This document shows positions 1-11,594 of a DNA stretch of 64,000 nt, piece after piece. Source of the stretch: Octopus vulgaris (lineage: Eukaryota). The DNA lies in NCBI GenBank assembly GCA_951406725.2, contig OX597815.1, positions 127,410,001 through 127,474,000 of the forward strand. The letters run 5' to 3'. How positions within the stretch are numbered: the stretch's first letter is position 1; each line of letters begins with the position of its first letter. The translations under genes were made by a program, and so were the position numbers. A model generated the notes under the pieces. That model worked only from the letters and a program-made list of their open reading frames with translations. It was not told where the DNA came from and did no database searches.

Positions 1-332
1 TAGATTAGGTAATTTATTTTATCCTAATCTGAATCAAAGAAAGTTTGTCATTCATTTAGATGATCTATGAAATTTGAACCAATTAACTTTTTACTATAAT
101 ATTTATAATAACACACACATTATTCCATCATCAGTAATATTTAACAAGACAAAAGTTTTCCATGCATCTATAAGTATACGTCTGGCATTTTACTTTATAA
201 TGTTATCAACAAATTAAAATTTATGATATAAAGCAATGCTAAATGTAAGATACAAAGAAAGGAACCAGCAATTAGATTCAATTTCAACTTTCATATACAA
301 ACAAAATCACAATCTGAATATTATTTACTTAC

Positions 333-394
333 CTATTGTCTCCAAATATTGCATATGTCACTTCTCCATCTTTGCCTAAATCATCATCAGTAGC
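333..394 (-). CDS. Cadherin exon, 3'-most in the window; gene continues beyond position 1
   Basis: TAG acceptor, GTAAGT donor; 62 nt; ATDDDLGKDGEVTYAIFGDN, with AxDxDxGxxG..Y motif, in frame with the previous exon. Confidence 0.92.
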
Positions 395-1395
395 CTAAAA
401 CATAAATAAATATTTCCATAACTGAAAAAATTTGCTAAGATATTATACTACAAATTAATTAATGACTAATTTTAGGGCTAAAAACTAGAAGTTGAAGAGT
501 AAGCCATAGTTCAGCAAATAAAGAATTGCACTTTTGAAACTATTTAGATACTAATCAGTTCTGATGTAACCCAGTTTGTGTGTTCTCTTTCTCTCAAAAT
601 GGAGCGTGAGATATTAGAGTCAGGTGAATTCAAATAAATTCAAAGCTGCAATGTTCTGTTTACTTACTACCCTGCTTTATCATTAGCTAATAGAGAGTTA
701 AAAACTAAAATTAGAAACAATCAAATTAAACATATTTTCAAATAAGGGCTTATATAATATAGCATCAGATCTTTAAAGATGAAAATCTCCCTGTTTTGTC
801 TAATACAAATGCTGATGTACCAACCATAAAATCCAACTAAAACTTCTATACAACAACTGAATGAGGCCCTACTTGGTCACTAAATATATTAGAAAATGTA
901 GCTAGATCTCTTTGCAATAAACAACCTACCATCTTGAAATAAAGGAAAGAAGTAGTCCTAAATACTGGTGACTAATTCTGAAAACAATCACAATATACTG
1001 CATATTATCAATCAATTGAGACAAAGAGACACATCAATCATTAAGATATAGCAAAGATTGTCAGTTTCAAAATTTTTATCATTAACAATACTAATAAATG
1101 AAATAAAAAATGTTGCTGAAATTGAATGGAAACTAGAGACTCGGAACAAAATGTTAACCTGTAGAAGTGTGGAAGAATAGCATACCAACTACACAGAATC
1201 CTGTTTCTTATGAAAATTTTAATATCATCAAATGTACTTGCTCAACCTATTTATCTTATAACAAAAACATTTGTATACCATCATATGCAAGAAAGAATAA
1301 TGATACACATTTTATGTAGCTAGTTCTAAACTTGAGTTATACAGAAATTCATTAAAAACAAAATTTCACATTAAAAACAACATTGGTACTGGTAT

Positions 1396-1545
1396 GGTTT
1401 GCTCCCCAGCCATATAGTTTTAGGTTCAGTCCCACTGGACAGTATCTTGGATAAGTGTTTTCTACTATAGTCCCAGGCTGACCAAAACCTTGTGAGTAAA
1501 TTTTATAAATGGAAACAAAAAGAAGCCCATTGTATATATATATAT
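1396..1545 (+). mobile_element. SINE-like repeat fragment
   Basis: 'ggttcagtcccact..cttggataagtg..tctactatag..gaccaaaaccttgtgagt' recurs at 11150-11260, 8810-8960 (rc) and 32055-32120. Confidence 0.6.
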
Positions 1546-1559
1546 AGTACCTTGAGAGA

Positions 1560-1800
1560 AATGTCGTACCTAAGAAGCATCAGTTAAGAAAACCATCCGA
1601 ACGTGACCGTAGCCAGTACCGCATCGACTGGCCTCCGTGCTGAGGGCACGTAACAAACACCATCTGAGCGTGGCCGTTCGCCAGCCTCGTCTGGCACCTG
1701 TGTTGGTGACACATAAGAAAACACCATCCGAGCATGGCCGTCTGCCAGCCTCGTCTGGCACCTGTGTCGGTGGCACATGAAATCACCCACTACACTCTCG
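1560..1800 (+). mobile_element. RTE-type LINE 3'-UTR fragment with ~60-bp internal subrepeats
   Basis: Subrepeats 'aaacaccatccgagc.tggccgt..gccagcctcgtctggcacctgtg' are the reverse complement of those in the RTE 3' ends at 18780-19075 and 6100-6350. Confidence 0.65.
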
Positions 1801-1836
<36 letters not shown>

Positions 1837-1913
1837 ATAAATATTAGGGAATAAATCCAAATTTACAAGGAAAAATCAGATTTAAGATTAAATCCAATTT
1901 AATAGTAAAATAT

Positions 1914-2069
1914 TATATTATATCAAATTAGAGACAAAACCACTATTATGCAAATCAAACAAAGAAAGACTTAAACCAATACATAAAATAATTTATATAA
2001 ATTATTTTATGTATTGGCTTAAGTCTTTCTTTGTTTGATTTGCATAATAGTGGTTTTGTCTCTAATTTG

Positions 2070-2079
<10 letters not shown>
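1914..2079. repeat. 166-bp near-perfect palindrome embedded in (TA)n/(GA)n
   Basis: Symmetry centre at 1996/1997 (aatttatataaatt), no loop, one mismatch. Confidence 0.95.
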
Positions 2080-2107
<28 letters not shown>

Positions 2108-2797
2108 GAGAGAGAGAGAGAGAGAGAGAAAGTATATCTTGTGTGTACAGTTAGGTGTACTACTACAAATGTTGAGTTTAGAACTCCACAAGTCTGCTTC
2201 CAATATAGTGATTTGGTTACTGTTGTACTTAGTAGTATCACTACTAGTTATGATGTACAGAGCAAATGTAAGAGAAATTATGGTAAACAGAGTTTATATC
2301 ATTTGTTCCCTATATACATTTCACTGTTGTGATTGTTGGGAACCTCTGCATTGCATGTGCCAAGTGCAATTGGATGCTGAACAGTAACAGATCACCAAGA
2401 AGATTTCATTGCATTATGTTACTGAAATCAAATCTCTGAAGTTGGACGCATGATGTCACTTCCTCTAATTTCCAGTACCTTGCTTCCAGTCCTGATGTCG
2501 CCTTCACTCCTCCACAGAATTAAAGAAAGGGAGGGAGCAAGTGAAAGAGAATGCATGTGAAAGAGTCTATAAATATTCTGGAATCAGGAACTTGCATCTT
2601 GACCCCAGATAAAGAATCAAATATGAATCAAGTATGATACTTTCAACATTAAGAATAATTTATTTTTTTTGTCTCGTCTTATAGCCAAACCATTGAGACA
2701 GCATAAGTTCTCTGGAGCCTGTGTTAAACAACCATGCTAGTACTACTGCAATTGAAAAGCATTTCTTTCCAAGACCATCTCATGGTACTGTGTAACT

Positions 2798-5332
2798 CAT
2801 AGCTTCCCAAAGTGGGCAATATTGCCCACCAGCAGACGATTTCAACTTACAGGTGGGTGATTGGGCAAATTTCTAGAAAACAGTGGGTGATTTGAGATTT
2901 TGATGGAGGATGTGAACATTTTGTGGGTGACAAAGAATTTTTAGAAATCAAGTCAGCATTTAATTATTTCTAGGCAAGCATAGAATATGGATGCACTTTT
3001 ATCAATTTGACTACTCACGAGACATCCATTTGTATTAAAAAAAGCAGACTTGTTTATCGTTCGAATATTTTTGTCGCACAGTCATTGAGATGATTGTCAT
3101 ATGTGCTGAAAATAGCAGGGAAGTAGGCCTATGCCTTAAATTATGCTCCACCACAATTTTTCTCCTATTTTTTGCATAATCCTATGAATTCCCACATGTA
3201 GAATACAATTTCCCAAAAATTTTATGAAAACTCCAAAACACAAAAAAACACTACGAGGGGTTATATACTGTGTGTAATTCTACAGTTTCATATCAAAATA
3301 CAAGTGCTATTTTCAGGATGTTGACAAAATGTGTAGTCATACACAAAATTACAGCTTTGAAATCGTGTTTCTTGACTGGATGAAAATGATCAAACTTTAA
3401 ACCTCTATAACTTTTTTTTGCAACTGAGCACTTCTTTCAAAAAGTAAACACAAACACTCAACATGCTACTCCAGAAAACTAGTAAACAGGAGAATGATGG
3501 GTTGATTGCATCATACAACATTGCATTACTTGTTGTTAAATCTGGAAGTCTCACACAATTGGAGAAACATTACTTTGCCTGGTTATCAAAGAGATTTTGT
3601 CAACCATTATGGATGAAAAACCTGATAACATTATGATGAAGATTCCACTTAGTAATAACACAATTTCTCGACACATTGATGAAATGGCCAACAATGTCAA
3701 ATATCAGCTCGTTAATATTCTCCAGCATTCTGAACTTTCTATACAAGTGGATGAGTCAACTGTTGTGGACAATCAATGTTTGATGATGGTATATGTCCAG
3801 TATTTCAGTGAAGACCTTCAACCTTGTGAGGAAATGCTGTTCACAGAGAAACTGCCATTTGATTCAAAAGGTGTAACTATTATTCACATTCTCAAGTTTT
3901 TCTTTTTTAATATAGTATCCCACTCAGTAATATTCTTGCCTGTCTGACAGAGTCCCTTCGATGGTAGGAAGATACAGAGGTTTTACATCTCTCTTCAAGC
4001 ATGAAATTTCCCACAAGGTATTAACTGTTCTTTGCTTGGCACACCAGTAGCATTTAGTCGCAAAAAATATGAACAATAGATTTAATGATGCACTACAGTT
4101 AGTTATCAAGACTGTGAACAAATTGAAATCCAGTCCCTTGTCTGATTGAATTTTCCATCAACTCTGTCTAAGAAATGATGAGGAATGCACGAAACTCTTA
4201 TACCATACCAAAGTGCAGTAGCTGTCAAAAGAAACTGTTTTAAGTTTTGTTGAACTGTTTCATATAATCATATCTTTCTTTCAAGATACTCTAATATCCA
4301 CTTCATTGATGGTTGCAAGATGCAATTTATTTTTGTGATAGAGTCATGAAACTAAATGATTTGAATAAGTTATTGCAGGGAAACAGAAAAACTCTCGTTG
4401 ATTGTAAATCATTTATCACTAACTTCATTTTGAAATTAGTGCTGTATTTCCACAACTTGATTCTTTGAAAGATGAATTGGTTGATGAGGATTTAACTACA
4501 TATTGCAAATATTTACAGTCATTGCATTATGGCACGGTGGAGCAATTTCAAGATGTTATTGTGCTGAATATTCCAAGTTGGTATAGCAATCCATTTGGGG
4601 TTGATGCAGTTGATTGTGAGGATGATGATCAGGAGGAATTGATAGAATTATAAAATGAAAATGATGCCACAATGTGATATTGCCGTAATGGCAAAGAAGG
4701 TTTGTGGTAGCATCAAAGTATATTTAATTCCTACCCCAATCTGTGGAAATATCTGAAATTACTTTTGCTAGCCTCTCCTAACTCATACCTAGAACAGTCT
4801 GGTTTTAGCCATGTTGGAACTTTACTTGGATGTAACACAACAAGACGACTTGCAGCTAGAGTTGACAAGTTTAAAATCAAATGTATCTGCACTAGCTGCA
4901 TCGCACCAGACACAAGGTCCTCATTAAAAAGTTGTATTCTTTTCCTTTATAATACAATCACTAATTATTTTTACATGGCAGTTCTGATCAATGGTTCATT
5001 CGAGGAAAATAAAAATCAGTGTAAAAGAAAGCACAAGTTTACTGAAGTTAATCTGTCTGCATAATATAGAGTTAACATTAGAATTTTATTCACACTAATG
5101 GCAAAACTAAACCTACAATAAGGGATTTGTAAACAAACGCATATTATTAACCGGGCATTAAGTCTATGATATAGTGTGTCAAATGATACAAGTGGGTGGG
5201 GGTCCCCTAGGGGATTTAGTGTTAAGAAGGATTGTGTCAGGGATTTTTTTTTAAACAGGTGAGCGATGGAGCATTTTTTGGCTGATAGGTGGGCGATATT
5301 GCGATTTGGCATGAAAAGTTTGGGAAGCACTG
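2798..5332 (+). mobile_element. hAT (Buster/Charlie-type) DNA transposon with decayed transposase
   Basis: 8-bp TSD gtgtaact at 2790-2797 and 5333-5340 (central TA); TIRs catagcttcccaaa / tttgggaagcactg; ORF remnants 'IPLSNNTISRHIDEMA..SIQVDEST' and 'YLEQSGFS' typical of ZBED5/SCAND3-like transposases; many stops and frameshifts. Confidence 0.92.
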
Positions 5333-5653
5333 GTGTAACTTCATTTGTCAGCATCCAAAAATTAAACCAAATTGACCCCCAGTACATTCATTTGACAGTA
5401 GAGGTCTTCAAAATGTGAAGTAAGGTACAATGATACATGACCTACAATTTGTTAATCGATCTCACACAACTGAACCTCTCACCAAGGGCACAATAAAGAA
5501 CTAAAACAAGTGGTAAATTCTGTGCTGTGGAAAACTCATCTAACTCATACAAATATGGATAAACCAGTGCGAAATTGTTGTGATGGTTACCTCAGAAACT
5601 AACTCTGTAACTACTGCTGGTTGTACATCTTAAGAAAGGACAGCAATTTAGAA

Positions 5654-5671
5654 TTGATGATGATGATGATG

Positions 5672-5716
<45 letters not shown>

Positions 5717-5945
5717 GAGTGAGAGAGCAGTGCATGCCATCAAAATGACACTGGGGTAAAATATACGAAGCCCAATATACCCATCATGACTACCCGTCTG
5801 ATAAGGGTACACCAGGCACATGCATCACAACCATATGTGCGCAACATGGTGATCTCATATCAAGATAAACAGCATATGACCTTGCCGGTGGGGCTTATTA
5901 TTATTATTATTATTCACCACCACTACCACCATCACCATCATCATC
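5654..5945. repeat. (GAT)n/(TTA)n microsatellite split by a ~180-bp interspersed-repeat-like insert (5717-5894)
   Basis: A non-repetitive segment is flanked on both sides by TTA runs, consistent with a microsatellite-targeting retroelement end. Confidence 0.55.
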
Positions 5946-7915
5946 ATCATTATTTAACATCTGCTTTCCATGCTGGCATGGGTTGTATGGTTTGACTGAG
6001 GACTAGCAAGCCAGTAGGCTGCACCAGGCTCCAATCTGATCTGGCAAGGTTTCTACAGCTGGATTCCCTTCCTAACACCAACCACTCCAAGAGTTTAGTG
6101 GGTGCTTTTTACATGCCACCAGCATAGGATCCAGTCAGGAGGCACTGGCATTGACTACATTCAGGCGGTGTTCTCGTGCCACCAGCACAGGAACCAGTCA
6201 GAGGGCACTGGCATCGACTGCATTTGTATGATGCTTTTACATGCCACTAGCACAGGGAGCCAGTCAGGCAGCACTGGCATTATCCCACGCTTGAATGGTG
6301 CTTATTACGTACCACCAGCATAGATGCCAGTCAGGCAGCACTGGCATCAGCCATGACTACAATTTTAATTTCACTTGACTCAATAGGTCTTCTAAAGCAC
6401 AGCATATTACCTGATGATTCAAGAGTACTTTTCGATTGGCTGGTTATGCAACACTGGTATCAGCCACAGCTGCGATCTCACTTTATTTGCCAGGTCTTCT
6501 CAATCACAGCACATCTCCAAAGGTCTCAGTCTCTTATCATTGCCTTTGTGAAGCCCAATGTTCAAAGGTTGTGCTTCACCACCTCATCCCATGTCTTCCT
6601 AGGTCTACCTCTTCCATGGGTTCCTTCAGCTGTCAGTGTGACACTTCTTAACACAGGTCTCTTCATCCATATGCAGCACATGACCATACCAGCACAGTCA
6701 TCTTTCTTGCACACCACATCTGCTGCTTCTTATGTCCAACACTTCTCTCAAGGAACTTACACTCTGTCGTGTATGCACACTGATATTACGCATCCAACGG
6801 ATCATACTAGTTTCATTCCTTTCAAGCCTATGCATATCCTCAGTAGTCATGGTCCATGCTTCACTGCAGTAGCATGACTGTTCGCATATATGATATACAT
6901 CATAGTCTAACTGTCACTCTGAGTGAGAGGTCCTTTGTTACCAGCAGGTGTAGGAGCTCTCTGAACTTTACCCAGACTATTCTTATTCTAGCGGCAACAC
7001 TCTCAGAGCATCCACTTCCACTAAAGACTTGGTCACCTAGGTAGCAGAAGCTATCAGCTACTTCTAGTTTCTTCCACTGGCATGTGATGGAATCTGTTTT
7101 CTGTACATTTTCAGTGTTTATTTTCTCTGTGCATCAGCCAAATACAAAACCTCTCTTTCCAGTTAATCTTCCTCTGATATTGCAGCAACTCTTATGTATC
7201 CATAGCTTACACTGAGTAATCTTATGTTTCTACTTATGCATTTTCTACAGATCAAATAGAGCCATCTACCTGAAGGGGTTTGTGATTTGTCCACCTTCCA
7301 ACTTATTAGGACTTCGGTTTTTGCTAGTTTGACTCTAAGGCCCTTTGATTCTAGACCTTGTTTCCACACCTGAAACTACATCTCTAGTTCTGGTAGTAAC
7401 TCAGCTATTAGAGCAAGATCATCAGCATAGAGGAGCTCCCAGGAGACAGCCTGTCTCAAATTCCTGTTATTGCCTGGAGAACTATGATGACTAAGAGGGA
7501 GCTGAGGACTGATCCTTGGTGAACCCCTACATCTATGCAGAATTCTTCACAATACTCGTTGCCAACTTTCACCTTACTGACAGCATCCCTGTACAGGGCT
7601 TGTACAGCTCTTACCAACCACTCGTCTATCCTTAGTTTCTGCATTGACCACTGGATAAGGGATCAAAGGAGCCTGTCAAAGGCTTTCTCCAAGTCAACAA
7701 AAGTCAAGTACAGAGGTTTATTTTTGGCTACATATTTCTCCTACAGTTGCCTTACCAGAAATATAGCATCAGTGGTGCTTCTTCCTGGCACAAAACCAAA
7801 CAGCATCTCATCTACGCTAACTCTCTCCCTAATTAGTTCGGCTATGACCCTTTCCATAACCGTCATCACCTGATACAGCAATTTAATACTCCAGTAGTTA
7901 TTTCTATCTAAAGCA
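5930..7915 (-). mobile_element. RTE-clade LINE, 5'-truncated and decayed
   Basis: RT motifs 'FVDLEKAFDR', 'VGVHQGSVLS' and 'LLYADDLAL' on the minus strand; (CAT)n tail at ~5930-5950. Confidence 0.9.
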
Positions 7916-8435
7916 TAATTATATATTCAAATCCCACCATGGGAAAAATTAAACACAACTTTTTTATACAACAGAAAATGTAGATCTGATCACATTAATA
8001 CAAAAGAGCCTAAATTGGCCTCATGAATAATTGTGGTTGAAAAATAAAGTGAATTTAATAAGATTATACATTTTTTATTTAGATGTATATTTTTATATGT
8101 ACACGATGTTCTGATTAGGCTGCTTTCTGCTCATAATCATTTATCGTACCACTTGATATATGCATGATACCATGCTAGATTTGATTCAAAACCATTTTTC
8201 CTAAGCTCAGGATAGTAAAGTCCTTATCCATAGGCTATTGCTGCATGTACAGTGGTCAGTATGTACATATCCGAGAAAATGTACCTGAGATGATCAGTGA
8301 TCAAACAATTAAAAACATGGTAGAGATATAAAGACTGTATATATGCATTTTAAAGATGATGTTAATAGTCTATAAAATTATTGAATTATTAACAATTTGT
8401 CTTAAATATTTAAAGGGAAATTATTTCATACTTAC

Positions 8436-8591
8436 AGTTATGGTGATCAGATTACCAACAGTTTCTTCTTCAGAGACATTTACTTGATATTTTGGCTGAG
8501 AAAATTGGGGAAGAAATTCATCCACAGGCAATATTTCCAGAGTAACATTAGCTTCACTGGCTTTAGATGAAGCTTTATCTTCAGCAACAAT
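8436..8591 (-). CDS. Cadherin exon
   Basis: CAG acceptor, GTAAGT donor; 156 nt; IVAEDKASSKASEANVTLEILPVDEFLPQFSQPKYQVNVSEEETVGNLITIT. Confidence 0.92.
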
Positions 8592-8594
8592 CTG

Positions 8595-8960
8595 GAAAAT
8601 TCACAAATAAATATCTTTTATCTTTTACTTGTTTCAATCATTGGACAGTGACCATACTGGGGCACTGCCTTCAAGGGTGGTCTGATTAAAAAAAATTGAC
8701 TACATTACTTATTTTTTAAAAATCTGGTACTTATTCTATTATAGGGATATAAACAAACCAATACCAGTTGTCAAGCAGTGAGGAAGAACAAACACACACA
8801 CACACATACAATGGGCTTCCACACAGTTTCCAGTGACCAAATTTACTCACACTGCATTGGTCGGCCTGGGGCTATAATAGAAGACATTTGTCCCAGGTGT
8901 TGTGCAGTGGAATTGAACCTGAGACCATGTGGTTGGAAAGTGAGTTTCTTAACCACAACA
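8595..8960 (-). mobile_element. SINE-like element
   Basis: Reverse complement of the repeat at 11150-11560; internal (CA)n. Confidence 0.65.
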
Positions 8961-11149
8961 ATAACAAAGTATGTAATTTATTTTCGAAAAAATTTTAATC
9001 TCTTATCATTGTTGTCGTCATCATTGTTGCTATCAACATCCTCATTATTATCATTGTTGCTATGTTCAGCTTTGACTTCAAAAACTTCTCCTCTTCCTTC
9101 ATTATCATTATAATATTGAGAAATGTAAAGCCTGAAGTAAAATCCTATTAGTTGACTTCATCATAACTCAAGAGGTTCAAAATAATAGGCCACTGAACTA
9201 GGACATCACAAAGTATTCCACGTGCCCTTTTTATCTCTATATTTTGATAATAATTAAATTTTAATTGCTTTAAATACTGGCTGGATAGATAAAACAATTC
9301 CTCTGAGCTCATAGCAAAACTTAGTGAAAATGCACACAAGAAAATTTGTAAGTATATTTTAACAAAATGACACTTTTCAAAAAGATCTGTTAGAAGTTTA
9401 AGAAGAAATACAACATTACAGAAATCCTGTAACCAACCCTGAATACTCATGACTTTCACCTATATACATATGTGCCATGTGGTATTTTACAACTATTAGA
9501 TTTCAAATCTAATATGCTTCAATCCTGTACCATACATATAAAGATATGATCTGTTGAATTGAACATTTGTTTCTTCATTTCTTCATTTTATGTTTGCTTT
9601 TCCAGTCTCACATGGATTCAATATTTATTGAGGAACTATTTTTACAGTCAGATGTTCTTCCTGTTGTTAAACCTTACTTGTTTTTCAAGTAAAGATATTT
9701 TAGCCCAGTTGTATTTGAAAGTGCAGAGATATGGGACAATTTATTAGCATCAATAAATATCACTGCCATTTTCCTTCTCTTTTATTTATTCCCTCAATGT
9801 TTATCAAAAAGAGCACCTCAACAGGGACAGATGACAGGAGGGGAAAGTACCTAACTGAGAGAAAGGTAAGTTGGGATGAAATATGGAAGTTCAGTACAAC
9901 AAAACTAAGTTTTTTTATTTGTTCATCCTGTGATGTCTTACAAACCTGGTGAGATGGAGAGTATCAAAGAGTGATAAATGCAGATGCAGGGAAACTAGTA
10001 ACACTGAAACACATCCTTTCCAACTGTTCACTGGTGTTGGACGAATATACCTGAAGGTACACTTCAATGCTGTAAAGAACCAAATAGTTCAAATCCAAAG
10101 TGGCAAGAAACTACACAGGAAACTAGTTAAAGATTTCATCCCCTTCATTCATCTGGAACAGCAGTTCCATTTTGAGTTTCTTTGAGCAATGAAAACTGGA
10201 ATGGTTCGTGAGAGGTGGCCATAGATTAGCCAAGGTGCCAAAGATTCTTCCCCATTCCAATTACAAAGAAAGCAGATATTGTCATCACGTGTGAGGAAAA
10301 GAAAACAGTAAATCAATTTAAGCTAATAGTTTTCCATAAAGATAATACAGATGCTGCTCGGACTTGAAAGGTCAATTGTTATGAATATCTTTTTGAGGAA
10401 TGTAAAGATACATTTAGGAAAGCAAAATATTATCCAATTAAAGTTAGATGTAGAGGATTCCTTGGAAGCAGTATGAGGTAATGGTTGTTGTTGCTAACTC
10501 AACATAAACAAATACCATCATTTGCAATATCCAATTTACAGAGAGAAAGGCAAGCCAGTGAATTTGATTAAAAAATGATGATGAGCAATGTCTAGAAGAA
10601 TACTGAGTGAAGATTTAGCAAGTGGGCCTCTTCTCAGTGAGGGGAGGGTAGCTAGTGCATAAGAATGCCATTGAGAGGAAGACCTTGAAACAGTGTGCAT
10701 TCTCTCCTGATGACTCCAGACACCTGTTATGTTCAGCATACAGTGCTTTCAACACATAGTACTTGTATGTGCAAGTTGTTTGCAAATATATATATTTATA
10801 CTGCATGTTCACATAACCAACCAGACTATCAGATGCTGTTACACATCACTGGTCACAATGCACTTTGCATCATTTTAGCCAACCCACTGGCTTGACAAGC
10901 AGATCAACACTCCCTCTTGATCAAAAGTGGATGGAGCAACATGAAAGTGTTTTGCTTAGGGAATACAATGCACTGCCTGGTCTGGGAATCAAATCCACAA
11001 TCTAGCAATTTTGAGTGCAAAAGCCTAACCACTAGGCCATGCACTTTCATCTATATTTAAATATGTGGGCATGTGAATTTGTTTGTCTGTATATATGTAC
11101 ACACACACACACACACATACACACACATACATACATATATATATATGTT

Positions 11150-11256
11150 GTGAGTCCCACTGCATGGCACCTTGGGCAAGTGTCTTCTATTATAGCCTCG
11201 GGCCGACCAAAGCCTTGTAAGTGGATTTGGTAGACGGAAAATGAAAGAAGCCCGTA

Positions 11257-11318
<62 letters not shown>

Positions 11319-11560
11319 GTATGTATGTATGTGTGTGTGTGTATATGTTTGTGTGTCTGTTTGTCCCCCCCCCCAGCATCACAATTAATGGTGGTGTGTT
11401 TACGTTCACATAACTTGACAGTTCGTCAAAAGAGTCTGACAGAGTAGGTACTAAGCATCCAAAGAATAAGTCCTGGGGTCGATTTGCTCGACTAAGGGTG
11501 GTGTTCTAGCATGGCCAGAGTCAAATGACTGAAACAAGTAAAAGAATAAAAGAGTAAAAG
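11150..11560 (+). mobile_element. SINE-like element with internal (TA)n/(TG)n
   Basis: Same family as 8595-8960 and 1396-1545; ends 'aaatgactgaaacaagtaaaagaataaaaga'. Confidence 0.65.
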
Positions 11561-11594
11561 AGAGCCTATAAATGACTAAAGGTGGACTGACTCA

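Noticed and set aside
3597-5064. Domesticated ZBED/SCAND3-like gene
   Set aside because: Multiple stops and frameshifts, and it is bounded by TIRs and a TSD, so it is a dead transposon.
9650-10480. Possible additional cadherin exon or gene in the 11-kb intron
   Set aside because: No cadherin motif was found, and the flanking exons already join seamlessly (QMTFK|IVAED); probably an old TE remnant I cannot classify.
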